Of a stretch of 56,727 nucleotides of DNA, positions 36,221-46,143 are shown one piece after another. The position numbers and the translations under genes were made by a program. How positions within the stretch are numbered: the first letter of the stretch is position 1; every line of letters starts with the position of its first letter. Origin of the DNA: a virus (taxonomy: Duplodnaviria > Caudoviricetes); IMG/VR virus record IMGVR_UViG_3300024518_000353, positions 1 to 56,727 of that record; one strand, given 5' to 3'. A model generated the notes under the pieces. That model was not told where the DNA came from, made no database searches, and saw only the letters and a list, made by a program, of their open reading frames with translations.

Positions 36221-38471
36221 AATCAGGATGGTGCTCTCTTCCCCCAGTTTTCCATAACTCAGAAACTAATGTATCTTCACCATAAAATTCTATATGAATG
36301 TCAATATCTTTTCTCTGAAATAATTTCTCACAGTCTTGAGCCATAGCTAGTAACTCACCAGTTGTCCAAAACTTTTTGTTATTAGTAGTAACATGTAAAT
36401 ATTTTTTTCTACCTGTATCTTCTAATGCTTCTTTATCTTTAGGTTCAGGTACTGAACAATCAAAACCATATAGTTTAAAGTTTCTAAATCCTAACGTATG
36501 TCCAACACTTATTGCTCTCATTGCTGCACATGTACCACCAGTTAATAACACGGAGTTCTTTGGTATATCTAAATCTTTTGCAAGAACTACTTTATCTTTA
36601 GTGCTATTTGTACTTTCAATAATAGCATCTGAATATGCGTTCCAACCAATGATGTTTGCTTTCTTATCTTTTAAATGTTTAACAACTGAAACGTCAGTCA
36701 TTGATGATACAAAGAAAATAGTTTCATCAGGTACTTCTTTAAATAAATCTTTCCTAACAACACCATGTGTACTTGTGCCACCTATAGGTCTGGGGTCAAG
36801 TATGTTACAACCCCAAGGAATAATACCTTCTTTTAACAACATAGGTAATGAATGTTTAACACACATAATTTTATGATTAGAATGTTTTAAATAATCTTTA
36901 TACTTTAAAAAGGAAGGACCACCTGAAACTATAAGTAATGTTTCACCATGTGGTCTAGCTTTAATTAACCAATTTTTTATTTTCTTAATATTATTTTTTA
37001 TATTATTTTTAATATAATCTTTAGGCATACAGTCTTTAGGTTTGACAATAATAGGAACATGATTAAATTTTTCAGGTAAGGCAGGTAAGTTTTTATCATG
37101 AACTACAACACAAAGATGGGTAATACCTCCACCTACAACAGGGTCATATGAATGTAAAATTTTTCTTCTATACTTCTTATCTATTTTATCAAAGATTTTA
37201 TTTGTTCCTTTATGTTCTTCAGCAACATTTTTATCTTGTTCATCTTTAGTAAAGTAATCATCAAACACCACAAGTGGTAATCCTTTTGTCATACTATAAT
37301 CATGATGAACAGTTTCAAAGCTATGCCCACCATCAAGATAAGCCATATCAAAATCTTTCTGTTCAGTTAATGTAGTTTTAGTATCACCTTTAACTAAATC
37401 AAAATCAAAATCTTTATTCATTTTGTCTTTGACATATTTTTTAAATTCATTTAATCTTTTCTCAACTGCTTGATAAAGATTATGTGGTTTAGTATTTAAT
37501 TCTGTTTGGTCAGTAAATTCATCTGCGTCTTCAAATAAATCATAACCTTTATAATAAACTTTATCTACATTGTCAAAAGCTGCCAATGCCATTTCGATAG
37601 CTCTACCACCATTCCAAGTACCTGTCTCAAGTAACCTTGAAAACTTGTAATGTCTAATGACATCTGCCAATTGTTTATACCTTTTTGGACCAACGACATC
37701 AGGTGTGGTCTTATCTGATAGGAGTTGTTTTTTATTTCCTTTAAAGTGCTGAAAGAACTGCGATAAAGGAGAGTTATTAAAAGCATCAAGACCTCTTACG
37801 TCAGGGGTTAAGTTATGTTTTTTAATGCCATGAGCATTATAAAAATTAAATAGTCTTTCAAATATAAAACCATCATGCCATTCTCTATAAGAAAGAACTT
37901 CGTGACTATCATATATACCTCTCATATCTAATAGTAAATCTAAAGGGGGAGTGTTGTTTAAATTAAAAGCCATAAAAGATGTCTCGCTATAGTCAACATC
38001 TTTTCTGCCCAGATGAACTAACTCAGAATTAAGGGGAATAATTCCAAGAAAGTCTTTTTTACTCACAGGTTTATTAAGGATAATGTCAGCATCTAACCAA
38101 ACAACCCACCCCACCTGCACACCTTTCTCTACTAACTTGAAGGAAAAGTCAGTCAAGGCATACACTTTGTGACACCATTTAATGGCATCTAATCTCCAAT
38201 TATAAGGCATGCGTTTGCCTTCAGTACCATCATGTACTTTCATTTCTTCTCTGTACTTTAACATAGAAGGAATATCATTTAGATTTTTGAATGTTATCTT
38301 ATTTGATTTGGGAAACTCTTTTATTTTTTCTTTATCAAAGTCATGATAGTAAGCAGTTAAATGTAAATCATCAGCAAGAAATTTATTAGCTGACTCAATC
38401 ATTTTCTTTGCATAAGTTTCCCATCCTTTAGGACTAAAGGAAGTTACGATATTTATTGTGTCTTTACTCAT
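36192..38471 (-). CDS. Three-domain glycosyltransferase / SAM-methyltransferase / DUF115(Maf-like) fusion
   Basis: GT-A DxD (WLDADI); class I MTase (LETGTWNG, YLDGGHS); DUF115-like (IVSGGPS, GGTC...LYGFDCS). Likely start MSKD at 38471. Confidence 0.8.
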   Translation of the reverse strand: MSKDTINIVTSFSPKGWETYAKKMIESANKFLADDLHLTAYYHDFDKEKIKEFPKSNKITFKNLNDIPSMLKYREEMKVHDGTEGKRMPYNWRLDAIKWCHKVYALTDFSFKLVEKGVQVGWVVWLDADIILNKPVSKKDFLGIIPLNSELVHLGRKDVDYSETSFMAFNLNNTPPLDLLLDMRGIYDSHEVLSYREWHDGFIFERLFNFYNAHGIKKHNLTPDVRGLDAFNNSPLSQFFQHFKGNKKQLLSDKTTPDVVGPKRYKQLADVIRHYKFSRLLETGTWNGGRAIEMALAAFDNVDKVYYKGYDLFEDADEFTDQTELNTKPHNLYQAVEKRLNEFKKYVKDKMNKDFDFDLVKGDTKTTLTEQKDFDMAYLDGGHSFETVHHDYSMTKGLPLVVFDDYFTKDEQDKNVAEEHKGTNKIFDKIDKKYRRKILHSYDPVVGGGITHLCVVVHDKNLPALPEKFNHVPIIVKPKDCMPKDYIKNNIKNNIKKIKNWLIKARPHGETLLIVSGGPSFLKYKDYLKHSNHKIMCVKHSLPMLLKEGIIPWGCNILDPRPIGGTSTHGVVRKDLFKEVPDETIFFVSSMTDVSVVKHLKDKKANIIGWNAYSDAIIESTNSTKDKVVLAKDLDIPKNSVLLTGGTCAAMRAISVGHTLGFRNFKLYGFDCSVPEPKDKEALEDTGRKKYLHVTTNNKKFWTTGELLAMAQDCEKLFQRKDIDIHIEFYGEDTLVSELWKTGGREHHPDYEDTISYNS

Positions 38472-38472
38472 A

Positions 38473-39306
38473 CTACATCTGTACCATTTTAGTAGGTCTT
38501 GAATCTTCGATAGTATTTCTATATAGTAGTTTCTCATCTTCCCAGTCTTGTGCAAACTGCATGTCTGTAAACTTACCACCAAACCAAGGACCACCAAGAG
38601 AATAATGTATAGCATTGGGTGATGCGTCAAGGTTTGAAACTTCAGGAATATGATTCCAACTAGCAGGTATCTCACCTATCTGGTTATCACTTGTCCATTT
38701 AAATTGATGAAGGTCTAAACCTTTCATAGTATTTACATCATCACTTGTTAAATTTTTTACATCTTTATGTTTCATATTAAATAACATTAGTGAAGACCAT
38801 AATTTCTTTTCATATCCTAGTTGTTTTTGATTGTCCATCTTAGTATCTTCAGTAGGTTGCCAATCAAACTTAACACAGGCAACAGCTTTATCAGCATGGT
38901 TCTCTTCTACAAACTTAAATAGTTTATCTACATCTCTAAGAAATAAAAAATCACAATCAACAAACATTACCCAATTTTTAACATTGTTTAATCTAGCAAT
39001 AGCAGGACACAAGAATCTTGTATGACTAAACTCTGTTGAAAAAGGTTTATCATCTAGGACATCATACTTTTGTCCTTCAGTATCTTCTCTCCATTCTCTA
39101 GTAAAATGTCCACTATTTCTTAAATGCCTGACATTAAGTTCAACTGCAGTTAAAGGTCGTGAACTATGCCTAATTAATGAATGTTCACAAACTTTATAAG
39201 CAATGTCTTCACGAGCATCATAACCTATAAAAACAAAGTTAGTTTGTTCTTTAGGTAATGGATGAATTGTTTCTTCTTTCTCTGTAGTTCTTGCACTTAT
39301 TAACAT
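38473..39306 (-). CDS. GT-A glycosyltransferase (CDI-like)
   Basis: FIGYDARED, STEFSHTRFL, MFVDCDFL, WSSLMLFN and HYSLGGPWF, matching the motif series I recall for plant CDI-type glycosyltransferases. Confidence 0.85.
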   Translation of the reverse strand: MLISARTTEKEETIHPLPKEQTNFVFIGYDAREDIAYKVCEHSLIRHSSRPLTAVELNVRHLRNSGHFTREWREDTEGQKYDVLDDKPFSTEFSHTRFLCPAIARLNNVKNWVMFVDCDFLFLRDVDKLFKFVEENHADKAVACVKFDWQPTEDTKMDNQKQLGYEKKLWSSLMLFNMKHKDVKNLTSDDVNTMKGLDLHQFKWTSDNQIGEIPASWNHIPEVSNLDASPNAIHYSLGGPWFGGKFTDMQFAQDWEDEKLLYRNTIEDSRPTKMVQM

Positions 39307-39308
39307 AT

Positions 39309-39407
39309 TTATTCCTTATCTTTTTCTGTTAGGTCACACCAGTTACAAGGTTTCCCCTTTTCAATACCCATAACATCTTGTTCGACTTTACAATAATGCT
39401 CCCACAT
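39309..39407 (-). CDS. 32-aa Zn-finger-like microprotein
   Basis: MWEHYCKVEQDVMGIEKGKPCNWCDLTEKDKE (HxC...CxxC); an in-frame ATG also lies at 39455. Confidence 0.55.
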   Translation of the reverse strand: MWEHYCKVEQDVMGIEKGKPCNWCDLTEKDKE

Positions 39408-39434
39408 TTGGGAAGAATTATTTTTTATAATGTA

Positions 39435-39463
39435 ATTATATAATTTTTTAAACATAGTGTCAA
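39435..39463 (-). promoter_or_regulatory. Perfect-consensus sigma70 promoter for the glycosylation cassette
   Basis: Minus strand TTGACA-17 bp-TATAAT. Confidence 0.8.
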
Positions 39464-39472
39464 GTAAAAAAG

Positions 39473-41401
39473 TTAAACTATTTCACATGCACCTGCAGTA
39501 CATGCAAGTTCTTTTGATGAAGTGGTTGTGTCTTCTTTCTCATAGTTAGTTAAGTCCATCCAGTTAATATTTCTAGGAGTTTTCTTTAACCATTCTTTAT
39601 AAGTATTCTCATTAACTTCTTGATAAGGTGCTTGTTTGTATAAGTGTTCAGAGTGTGGTAAGAAAGCTACACCACTCATCACGTCAAAGTTTTCATATAC
39701 CCACGCACCTACTTCTAACCATTCATGTTCTTTAACATAAACAGTAATGGAAGGTTTATGTTCACACCAATCAAGCTGATATATTTTCCATATTTCTAAT
39801 TGTTCAAGAGCAGACTTCTCATCTCTCATAGTTGAACCTTTAGGGGACTTCATTGGAAAATAAAATACTTTAGTATCATTAGGTTTCATTACATCATCTT
39901 CACCATAGAAACCTTTTTCTAACATCATGTCACACAAAGGGTCTTTCTTATCTGCTCTTACAGTTCGTAGATAATAAGGAGAATAACGTGGGTGAATACC
40001 TGAAGCTGAGTCAACTAATTGTGATACAGTTCCTGAAGGTTTAACACATGTTATAGCAGTAGCTTGATTAACTTTTAATTTAGTTGACCATTTTTTATTT
40101 ACTTCAATAGCATGGGTTTTTAAAGTAGTTAACCATTCAGTTAATAATGCTTTATTAAAAATATTTCCTGAAAGAATATTATGGTCCATGATACCTGTCA
40201 AGGAAACACCAAGCAATCTTTCTTCTTCAGTATTCTCTTTCCATTTTTTAGTAATGTATCTAAAGTCAGAAAGTGTGGACTGTAGTGTACCAAAGATAGT
40301 AGCTAGTTCAATTTTTTCTTTCAAAGAATCAAGAGTATCTTCAGGTCTAATTACTACTTCAGATAAATTACAGAATTGTTTGTTGCGTAAAACGATTTCT
40401 GAACAAGGATTAGTTCCAAAGTCAAAGTCTCCATCTCTTCTACCTGAACGTGCTGCCATTTTTTGTGAAGCTACTCTATTAAAGATACCACGTTCACCTG
40501 ACTTAGAATCATAAAGAGATACCCACTCTTTCATAAATGTACCTATGTCAGGTTTCTCAGTATAAGCTACAGAGTTATTAGAATAACTTCTTTGTGGATT
40601 GTTGTCCCACCATTGTCCATTCTTTGCATCTCTCATTCTAATATCTGAAAGATTAGAAAGACTTATTAAAGCTGAACGTCTAACACCACCACACACAACA
40701 ACGTCTGCTATCTTACATACAAGGTCATGACACTCAAGGGAATTTAATTTTCTTCCACTAGCTTTCTTAAAAGTTTCAATACTAAATTTAAATAAATCTC
40801 TTAATGGGTCAGGACCACTAGCACGACCACCAAATGTTTTTAGTTTAGCACCTGCAGGTCTAACAAGAGACATATCAAACTGTGGTATCTGTCCTGCATA
40901 AAGCATAGCAATAAGTTCTCTATAAGATTTTGCCCACCCTATTTTACTATCATTAACTTTAATAACAGTTTCAGTAGAATGAAAGGACTCAGCAATGTCA
41001 GGTAGATTATCTACATATTGTCGTTCAACACTAAACCCTACACCTGTTCCACACATAAGGATGTACATAATCTCGTCAAAGGTTCTTACATTATCAATAG
41101 CAACATACGAACAATTAAATCCTGCAACATTATCTTTATCTAACGCAGGACCTGCAGTCATTAATGCTCTCATTGAAGGCATAACTTGTAGAGTAAGGAT
41201 AGCATTAAACCATCTTTCTCTTTCTTTGTTTTCTAATTTTTTACCTGTTATTTTTTCATAACGATTAGACATATAGTTTACATATCTATCAACAGTTTCT
41301 TGCCAAGTTTCCCTTCTGTTTTCTTTCTCTAACCATCTAGCATATCTTGAGATGGCAATATAACTTTGGTATTCAGTTGGTAATGTGTTGCTATTATTCA
41401 T
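39473..41401 (-). CDS. nrdJ: Class II (adenosylcobalamin) ribonucleotide reductase
   Basis: PSMRALMTAG, FNCSY, GTNPCSE, CVKPSGTVSQL, C-terminal CTAGACE; no beta-subunit gene. Confidence 0.9.
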   Translation of the reverse strand: MNNSNTLPTEYQSYIAISRYARWLEKENRRETWQETVDRYVNYMSNRYEKITGKKLENKERERWFNAILTLQVMPSMRALMTAGPALDKDNVAGFNCSYVAIDNVRTFDEIMYILMCGTGVGFSVERQYVDNLPDIAESFHSTETVIKVNDSKIGWAKSYRELIAMLYAGQIPQFDMSLVRPAGAKLKTFGGRASGPDPLRDLFKFSIETFKKASGRKLNSLECHDLVCKIADVVVCGGVRRSALISLSNLSDIRMRDAKNGQWWDNNPQRSYSNNSVAYTEKPDIGTFMKEWVSLYDSKSGERGIFNRVASQKMAARSGRRDGDFDFGTNPCSEIVLRNKQFCNLSEVVIRPEDTLDSLKEKIELATIFGTLQSTLSDFRYITKKWKENTEEERLLGVSLTGIMDHNILSGNIFNKALLTEWLTTLKTHAIEVNKKWSTKLKVNQATAITCVKPSGTVSQLVDSASGIHPRYSPYYLRTVRADKKDPLCDMMLEKGFYGEDDVMKPNDTKVFYFPMKSPKGSTMRDEKSALEQLEIWKIYQLDWCEHKPSITVYVKEHEWLEVGAWVYENFDVMSGVAFLPHSEHLYKQAPYQEVNENTYKEWLKKTPRNINWMDLTNYEKEDTTTSSKELACTAGACEIV

Positions 41402-41422
41402 AATATTAGTTCCCCTTTCAAT

Positions 41423-41992
41423 TTAAAATGAAATTTTATAACCAATGCCTAGAGCATTGTATTGACTGTCACCCCTTTTAATTTTTGTTCCCAATGAAAC
41501 AGAGTTATTGTCGTTAAGTTTATATGAAACACTAACTTTATAAGTAGTGTCTGTTTGATTATGTGAAGTATCAAAACTGTCTCTGAATCTTACTCCAGTT
41601 TTTAGACTCCATTTATTATTCAGTTTATAATTAACACCAGGTTCAATAGTCCAGTACCCATAGTCTGCGTCTCTTACAAACTTCATGCCTGAACCTGCTC
41701 TTGTATATAAACTAAATTCATTATTTAGTTTTAAGTTACCAATCATTGCTACCTCTGCACGTTGGTCATTACTTGTACTACTATCTTTTAGTTTAGTTCT
41801 TGTTTTAATTTCAGCAGTAAAAGTATCATTTAATTTCTTCCCAACTTTTAATCCATATTCTTTAGAATTTTTTCCACCATTTAATCCATCTTGTATTCCC
41901 ATGTTTACTCCTACATATATATCTTTTGCTGCTAAAGATTTAGATAATAACATAATAAAAACTACAACAATTATTATAATTAATTTTTTCAT
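41423..41992 (-). CDS. Outer-membrane beta-barrel (porin-like)
   Basis: Signal peptide ending SLAA, alternating amphipathic strands, C-terminal GIGYKISF beta-signal. Confidence 0.8.
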   Translation of the reverse strand: MKKLIIIIVVVFIMLLSKSLAAKDIYVGVNMGIQDGLNGGKNSKEYGLKVGKKLNDTFTAEIKTRTKLKDSSTSNDQRAEVAMIGNLKLNNEFSLYTRAGSGMKFVRDADYGYWTIEPGVNYKLNNKWSLKTGVRFRDSFDTSHNQTDTTYKVSVSYKLNDNNSVSLGTKIKRGDSQYNALGIGYKISF

Positions 41993-42367
41993 TTACTTTA
42001 TCTTTTTATTTTTTTTAATTCTATCATAACTATCTCTATGTGTCAATATGGCATTGATATGACTACGAATAAAATTAGTTCTCTTTGAAGTTAATATATC
42101 TATAGCTACCTTTCTCATATAGTTTGGTTCAATGTCAGCTAAATCACACACATAATCAAAGTCTTCTCTTTTCTTACCAAACCTAGCAGTAAACCATAGG
42201 ATTGATTCTCTTTTATACTTAGCATTTTCCAAATCATTGGTATCTTTTTGCGTAGCATCAAGCAATGCTTGTAAAATAACTGCAAGGAATAGTGTCCTCT
42301 CAGTAGAAGTGCTACTGATAAAATAACTTTCAACTGTCTGGAAAAACTTATCATGTTGTCTTATCAT
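41993..42367 (-). CDS. Conserved hypothetical phage protein
   Basis: LFLAVILQALLDA...WF...DFDYVCDLA motif; start uncertain. Confidence 0.65.
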   Translation of the reverse strand: MIRQHDKFFQTVESYFISSTSTERTLFLAVILQALLDATQKDTNDLENAKYKRESILWFTARFGKKREDFDYVCDLADIEPNYMRKVAIDILTSKRTNFIRSHINAILTHRDSYDRIKKNKKIK

Positions 42368-42722
42368 ACCATTGTCTAGGAATACCATCACCTATCTTAC
42401 AGTAATCAAAGTTATGTTTCTCACACCATACAGCATAAGTCATAGTACCACCTTTATTTAGTTTCTTGTTTGGATTATCAAAAGCAAATCTAATTATAAT
42501 ATTAGGATTAGACTTTCTAAAAAATAAATGTTTCTTTCTCATCTCAATAGTTAATCTACCTTTTACTTCTATATAACTTCCATTAGGTAATAAGAAGTCA
42601 GGGCAATAAGTTTTATTTTCAAACCATTCATAACTATATTTATTAGGTTCATATTTAACTTTTATTTTTTTATCTTTAAAAAATTTATAAACCTTTTCTT
42701 CTGAACCACTTCTAAATTTCAT
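42351..42722 (-). CDS. Endonuclease I (T7 gp3-like Holliday junction resolvase)
   Basis: FRSGSE, YCPDFLLPNG, IEVKG and TYAVWCEKH. Confidence 0.9.
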   Translation of the reverse strand: MKFRSGSEEKVYKFFKDKKIKVKYEPNKYSYEWFENKTYCPDFLLPNGSYIEVKGRLTIEMRKKHLFFRKSNPNIIIRFAFDNPNKKLNKGGTMTYAVWCEKHNFDYCKIGDGIPRQWYDKTT

Positions 42723-42943
42723 TTAATATTCCTCATATGAAAATAGTTTCTAACATGTAAAGCTGTAAAGACAATACACATAGCTAACATGAAATAACTT
42801 GTGGATAAAAATGCCCACGTTATCCATAACATATTAGATATTAGTCCATATAAAGGTGCATAGTTATCTTTATTACCATACACCCATACAGTAACTACTG
42901 CACTTATAGCAGCAAGTAATTCAAATATTTCAACTACCATCAT
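42719..42943 (-). CDS. Small 3-TM membrane protein (PnuC/SemiSWEET-half-like)
   Basis: Three hydrophobic helices in 74 aa. Confidence 0.55.
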   Translation of the reverse strand: MMVVEIFELLAAISAVVTVWVYGNKDNYAPLYGLISNMLWITWAFLSTSYFMLAMCIVFTALHVRNYFHMRNIK

Positions 42944-43778
42944 TTAATTGTACTTCCATTACATCAGGTGTTTTAACCACATTGGTTAAGTATCTTGGTC
43001 CATTTGCGTAGATAAATTTTCTAAGTCCTGTCCCACCATTAACATCCTGCCAACAATCCACTTTATAAGGACAGTAGGAACACCCAACATCAAGTTTACG
43101 ATTACCACTAGCACCATCTGCAATATCAGCATAACACTTGCTAGGAATTTTATCATCTTTGACAACATTTTTAAGATGAACGATTTTATCTTTTGCATTT
43201 ATCATCTCCATATTGTGGACTGGCATTAAACATATCCTTCCACTTTGTTTATCGATAGCTAGAAAAGCTCCACCATTTTTATTTTGTGCTTCAGTATAAG
43301 CTGATAGCTGTGCTATATATCCAAAGGGGTCATCTTTTAATAGTGAACGATTAGAAAACTTTTTAAATGAGTAGGCACTAGCAGACTTACAATCTGTAAC
43401 AACACCATCAATCTCACAATCTTGGTGTCCTTTAATGTTTTCAATATCTAATTCCTTTTGTTCATTCTTAACTTCATGACCTGCTGTCTTAGCTAATAAT
43501 AAAAGTAACTCTTCAAGTATATGACCATAAGTAAATTTTATTTTTGCCCATGAAGGTAGCTTTTCTTTTTTAATGTCTCGTGACTGATACCACACCTGTC
43601 TATCAGGTTTACCAATTTGAGACATTCTTAATTTATTATTTTCAGAATGTATGTTGAATAACGATAGCACACCTTCTTTAACATTATCAGCAAACAAGTC
43701 TAAATCTTTTTGACTAGGTTGTTTACCTTCAGAAATTGTTTGGTACATATCTTCAACTAAAGTATCAATCTTTTTCAT
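42930..43778 (-). CDS. PD-(D/E)XK Cas4-like exonuclease
   Basis: LRMSQIG, GHQD...DCKSAS, QLSAY and C-terminal CSYCPYKVDC. Confidence 0.8.
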   Translation of the reverse strand: MKKIDTLVEDMYQTISEGKQPSQKDLDLFADNVKEGVLSLFNIHSENNKLRMSQIGKPDRQVWYQSRDIKKEKLPSWAKIKFTYGHILEELLLLLAKTAGHEVKNEQKELDIENIKGHQDCEIDGVVTDCKSASAYSFKKFSNRSLLKDDPFGYIAQLSAYTEAQNKNGGAFLAIDKQSGRICLMPVHNMEMINAKDKIVHLKNVVKDDKIPSKCYADIADGASGNRKLDVGCSYCPYKVDCWQDVNGGTGLRKFIYANGPRYLTNVVKTPDVMEVQLNDGS

Positions 43779-43781
43779 GTG

Positions 43782-43814
43782 AAAAAAATAGGGGTGAGTT
43801 ATTAGCTACACCCC
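43782..43814 (-). terminator. Terminator/attenuator after SSB
   Basis: GGGGTG...CACCCC stem followed by a T-run on the minus strand. Confidence 0.7.
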
Positions 43815-43837
43815 CATTCAAAGGTTAATAATAAAAG

Positions 43838-44326
43838 TTATACAGGAATCTCTGCAAACTCTTGAGTCGTAGATGGATTATCTACTTTACCTTCAGGTAC
43901 TTCTTCAAAAGCATTTGCAGAAGAACCAGTTCCTTCGTAAGGAATAAGATTAACAACCTGAACTGCTTGTAAGTCAGCACTCGTACCAGTTCTACCAGTT
44001 GGTTTATGATTCCATTCATAAGTTTTATATAAAACATTTACGTCTGAACCATTACCAATTAAAGTATTTTCCAAAGGTCTTTTCATGTTATCCATGATGT
44101 CAGGTGCTTTGTTAGGGTTGCCATCTTTTCTTTTGGCTTTCCTTTTAAATGTAACAAAGTCTCCTCTGTCATCACCTTTATTTTTTATAGTTAGACCTTC
44201 AGCTTCAGCAGATTTTTTATTTTTCTCGTCAACTGCAAGGTCAATAGAATAGACACCATCTTCATCAAACATAGTGTTTGGTGTTACAACTGATGCCCAA
44301 TAAGCTTTACCATTTAATACTGGCAT
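43838..44326 (-). CDS. ssb: Single-stranded DNA-binding protein (T7 gp2.5-like)
   Basis: GKAYWA, IGNGSDVNV, LQAVQV and an acidic tail. Confidence 0.8.
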   Translation of the reverse strand: MPVLNGKAYWASVVTPNTMFDEDGVYSIDLAVDEKNKKSAEAEGLTIKNKGDDRGDFVTFKRKAKRKDGNPNKAPDIMDNMKRPLENTLIGNGSDVNVLYKTYEWNHKPTGRTGTSADLQAVQVVNLIPYEGTGSSANAFEEVPEGKVDNPSTTQEFAEIPV

Positions 44327-44389
44327 ATTTGCTCCTTATTGTTTAAGTTATTATTGTGTCGTATTAACTACGACTATCTTTAATTATAT

Positions 44390-44419
44390 ATTATAAACTA
44401 TAACAATATATAAAGTCAA
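44390..44419 (-). promoter_or_regulatory. sigma70-like promoter for ssb
   Basis: Minus strand TTGACT-18 bp-TATAAT. Confidence 0.6.
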
Positions 44420-44442
44420 CACTTATTTAAAATAAACTTAAA

Positions 44443-46143
44443 TTAGTGTGTATCTGCCCAGCTAGAGCCAGTCTTAAACTCTGCGTCTAGTGGGCAGTTA
44501 AGGTTAAGTTGTTCAGTTGTTTCTTTAATTGACAGTTTCACAACTTCCCCCATACTTTGTATGTCATTCTTATTAACTTCAAACTGATACTCGTCATGTA
44601 TTGAAGCTATAAGTTTAACATCCAAACCTTTTGAATAAATATGTTTAATCATATTTCTTAACCATACCTTACAAGCAATAGCACCTGCACCTTGTATGAT
44701 TGTATTAACTGCTTTATGTGGTGACCTAACATTAAATAGTCTACCATCAAGTCCTTTAACTCTACCTGATTGAGCAGCTTGTTCAACTTGACTTCTAAAA
44801 GATTTGAGTCTAGGTAGTTCAGATAAAAACTTATCTATTAATTTTTTCCCTACACTTAAATCTTTTGAACCAACTATCTGTGCAATCTTCTTTGAACCTG
44901 CACCAAATAAAAAGGCATAGATAAAAGTCTTTGCTTGGTCTCTGTCATTAAGTCCTGCCATATTCATGTTCTTTGTATGAATGTCACCATTCAATATCTC
45001 ATTCGTATATTCAGGTGTATTAATATAATGTGCTAACATTCTTAATTCTAAACCTGAAGCATCTGTTCCAAAGATTACATGCGTGTCAGGTTTATCAGTA
45101 GTCCATACTTGTCTACACTCTTTACCATAAGGTGAATATGTAGCAGGTACTTGAGCCATGTTTGGTGAGAGATGACTCATGCGACCTGATACACAACGCA
45201 AAGTAAGGACACGACCATGCACTCTTCCAGTTGTATGCTTAACTTCATCCAACCATGAAGAGATTTGAGACGTTCTTTTTTTTAATAATAAATATTCAGA
45301 TATTAATTTAGCTTCAGGTATCTTTTCAATCCTTGACAGTACACCTTCATCTACAATAGGTGAATTTTTATCAGTAAACTTTTTAGGTTTCCAACCTAAC
45401 ATCATTAATCTTTCAGCAATCTGTTTACGAGATGCAAGATTAAATTCTTCATAGGTAACTTTAGTAAAGGGTTGTCCTTTAATATACCCACGACTTTTAT
45501 TATTTACTTTAGGTATAAACTCTTCTTCCCTTTTAATAGGTGGAAAAGTTTTATGTACTTCCTTTTCTAACTGTTCAGCTTTGTCTTCAAGTCTAGCACT
45601 TAATGACATAGCTTTAGACTGGTCAATATAAAAACCAGTCTGTTCTTGTTTATAAACTATTGAACGAATGTCATGCTCTAATCTTAAAGACTCATGAGAA
45701 AATTTATTACCTTCAAGTTTAAGTTGTTTATAAACTTTATGAGTAAGTTCAACATCTCTTCTACAATATGTAAGCATTTCATTTGTAAACTTTGAGAAGT
45801 CAGTAAACTCTAGTTTAGGTAAACCAAATCTCTTTCCCCAGGAATCAAGTGAATGTCCATTAATTCTTTCAGGATTAAAGAGTTGTGACATTATCAATGT
45901 GTCTTCTATCTGGGGGAGTTTAATATTAGTTCCTGCTAATCTATTTAAAATAGGTGCATCAAATGTAACCCCATTGTGCATAATAATTTTCTCTGCATGT
46001 TTCTCAATAAACTTAGGAAACTTATTATAACAATCACCACCTACAAAAGCATAGTTGTCACCTGATTCTATATTCTTGGCAACGATACAATGAATCTTTG
46101 TTGCATCCAAAGCATCTGTCTCTATGTCAACTACTATGTTCAT
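44443..46143 (-). CDS. polA: Family A DNA polymerase with 3'-5' exonuclease
   Basis: DIET, HNGVTFD, DASGLELR, AKTFIYAFLFG and IHDEYQ. Confidence 0.95.
   Translation of the reverse strand: MNIVVDIETDALDATKIHCIVAKNIESGDNYAFVGGDCYNKFPKFIEKHAEKIIMHNGVTFDAPILNRLAGTNIKLPQIEDTLIMSQLFNPERINGHSLDSWGKRFGLPKLEFTDFSKFTNEMLTYCRRDVELTHKVYKQLKLEGNKFSHESLRLEHDIRSIVYKQEQTGFYIDQSKAMSLSARLEDKAEQLEKEVHKTFPPIKREEEFIPKVNNKSRGYIKGQPFTKVTYEEFNLASRKQIAERLMMLGWKPKKFTDKNSPIVDEGVLSRIEKIPEAKLISEYLLLKKRTSQISSWLDEVKHTTGRVHGRVLTLRCVSGRMSHLSPNMAQVPATYSPYGKECRQVWTTDKPDTHVIFGTDASGLELRMLAHYINTPEYTNEILNGDIHTKNMNMAGLNDRDQAKTFIYAFLFGAGSKKIAQIVGSKDLSVGKKLIDKFLSELPRLKSFRSQVEQAAQSGRVKGLDGRLFNVRSPHKAVNTIIQGAGAIACKVWLRNMIKHIYSKGLDVKLIASIHDEYQFEVNKNDIQSMGEVVKLSIKETTEQLNLNCPLDAEFKTGSSWADTH

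Noticed and set aside
38472-38675. N-terminal 68 aa of the 827-aa ORF in the track
   Set aside because: Overlaps the upstream glycosyltransferase in another frame; the ATG at 38471 follows its stop directly
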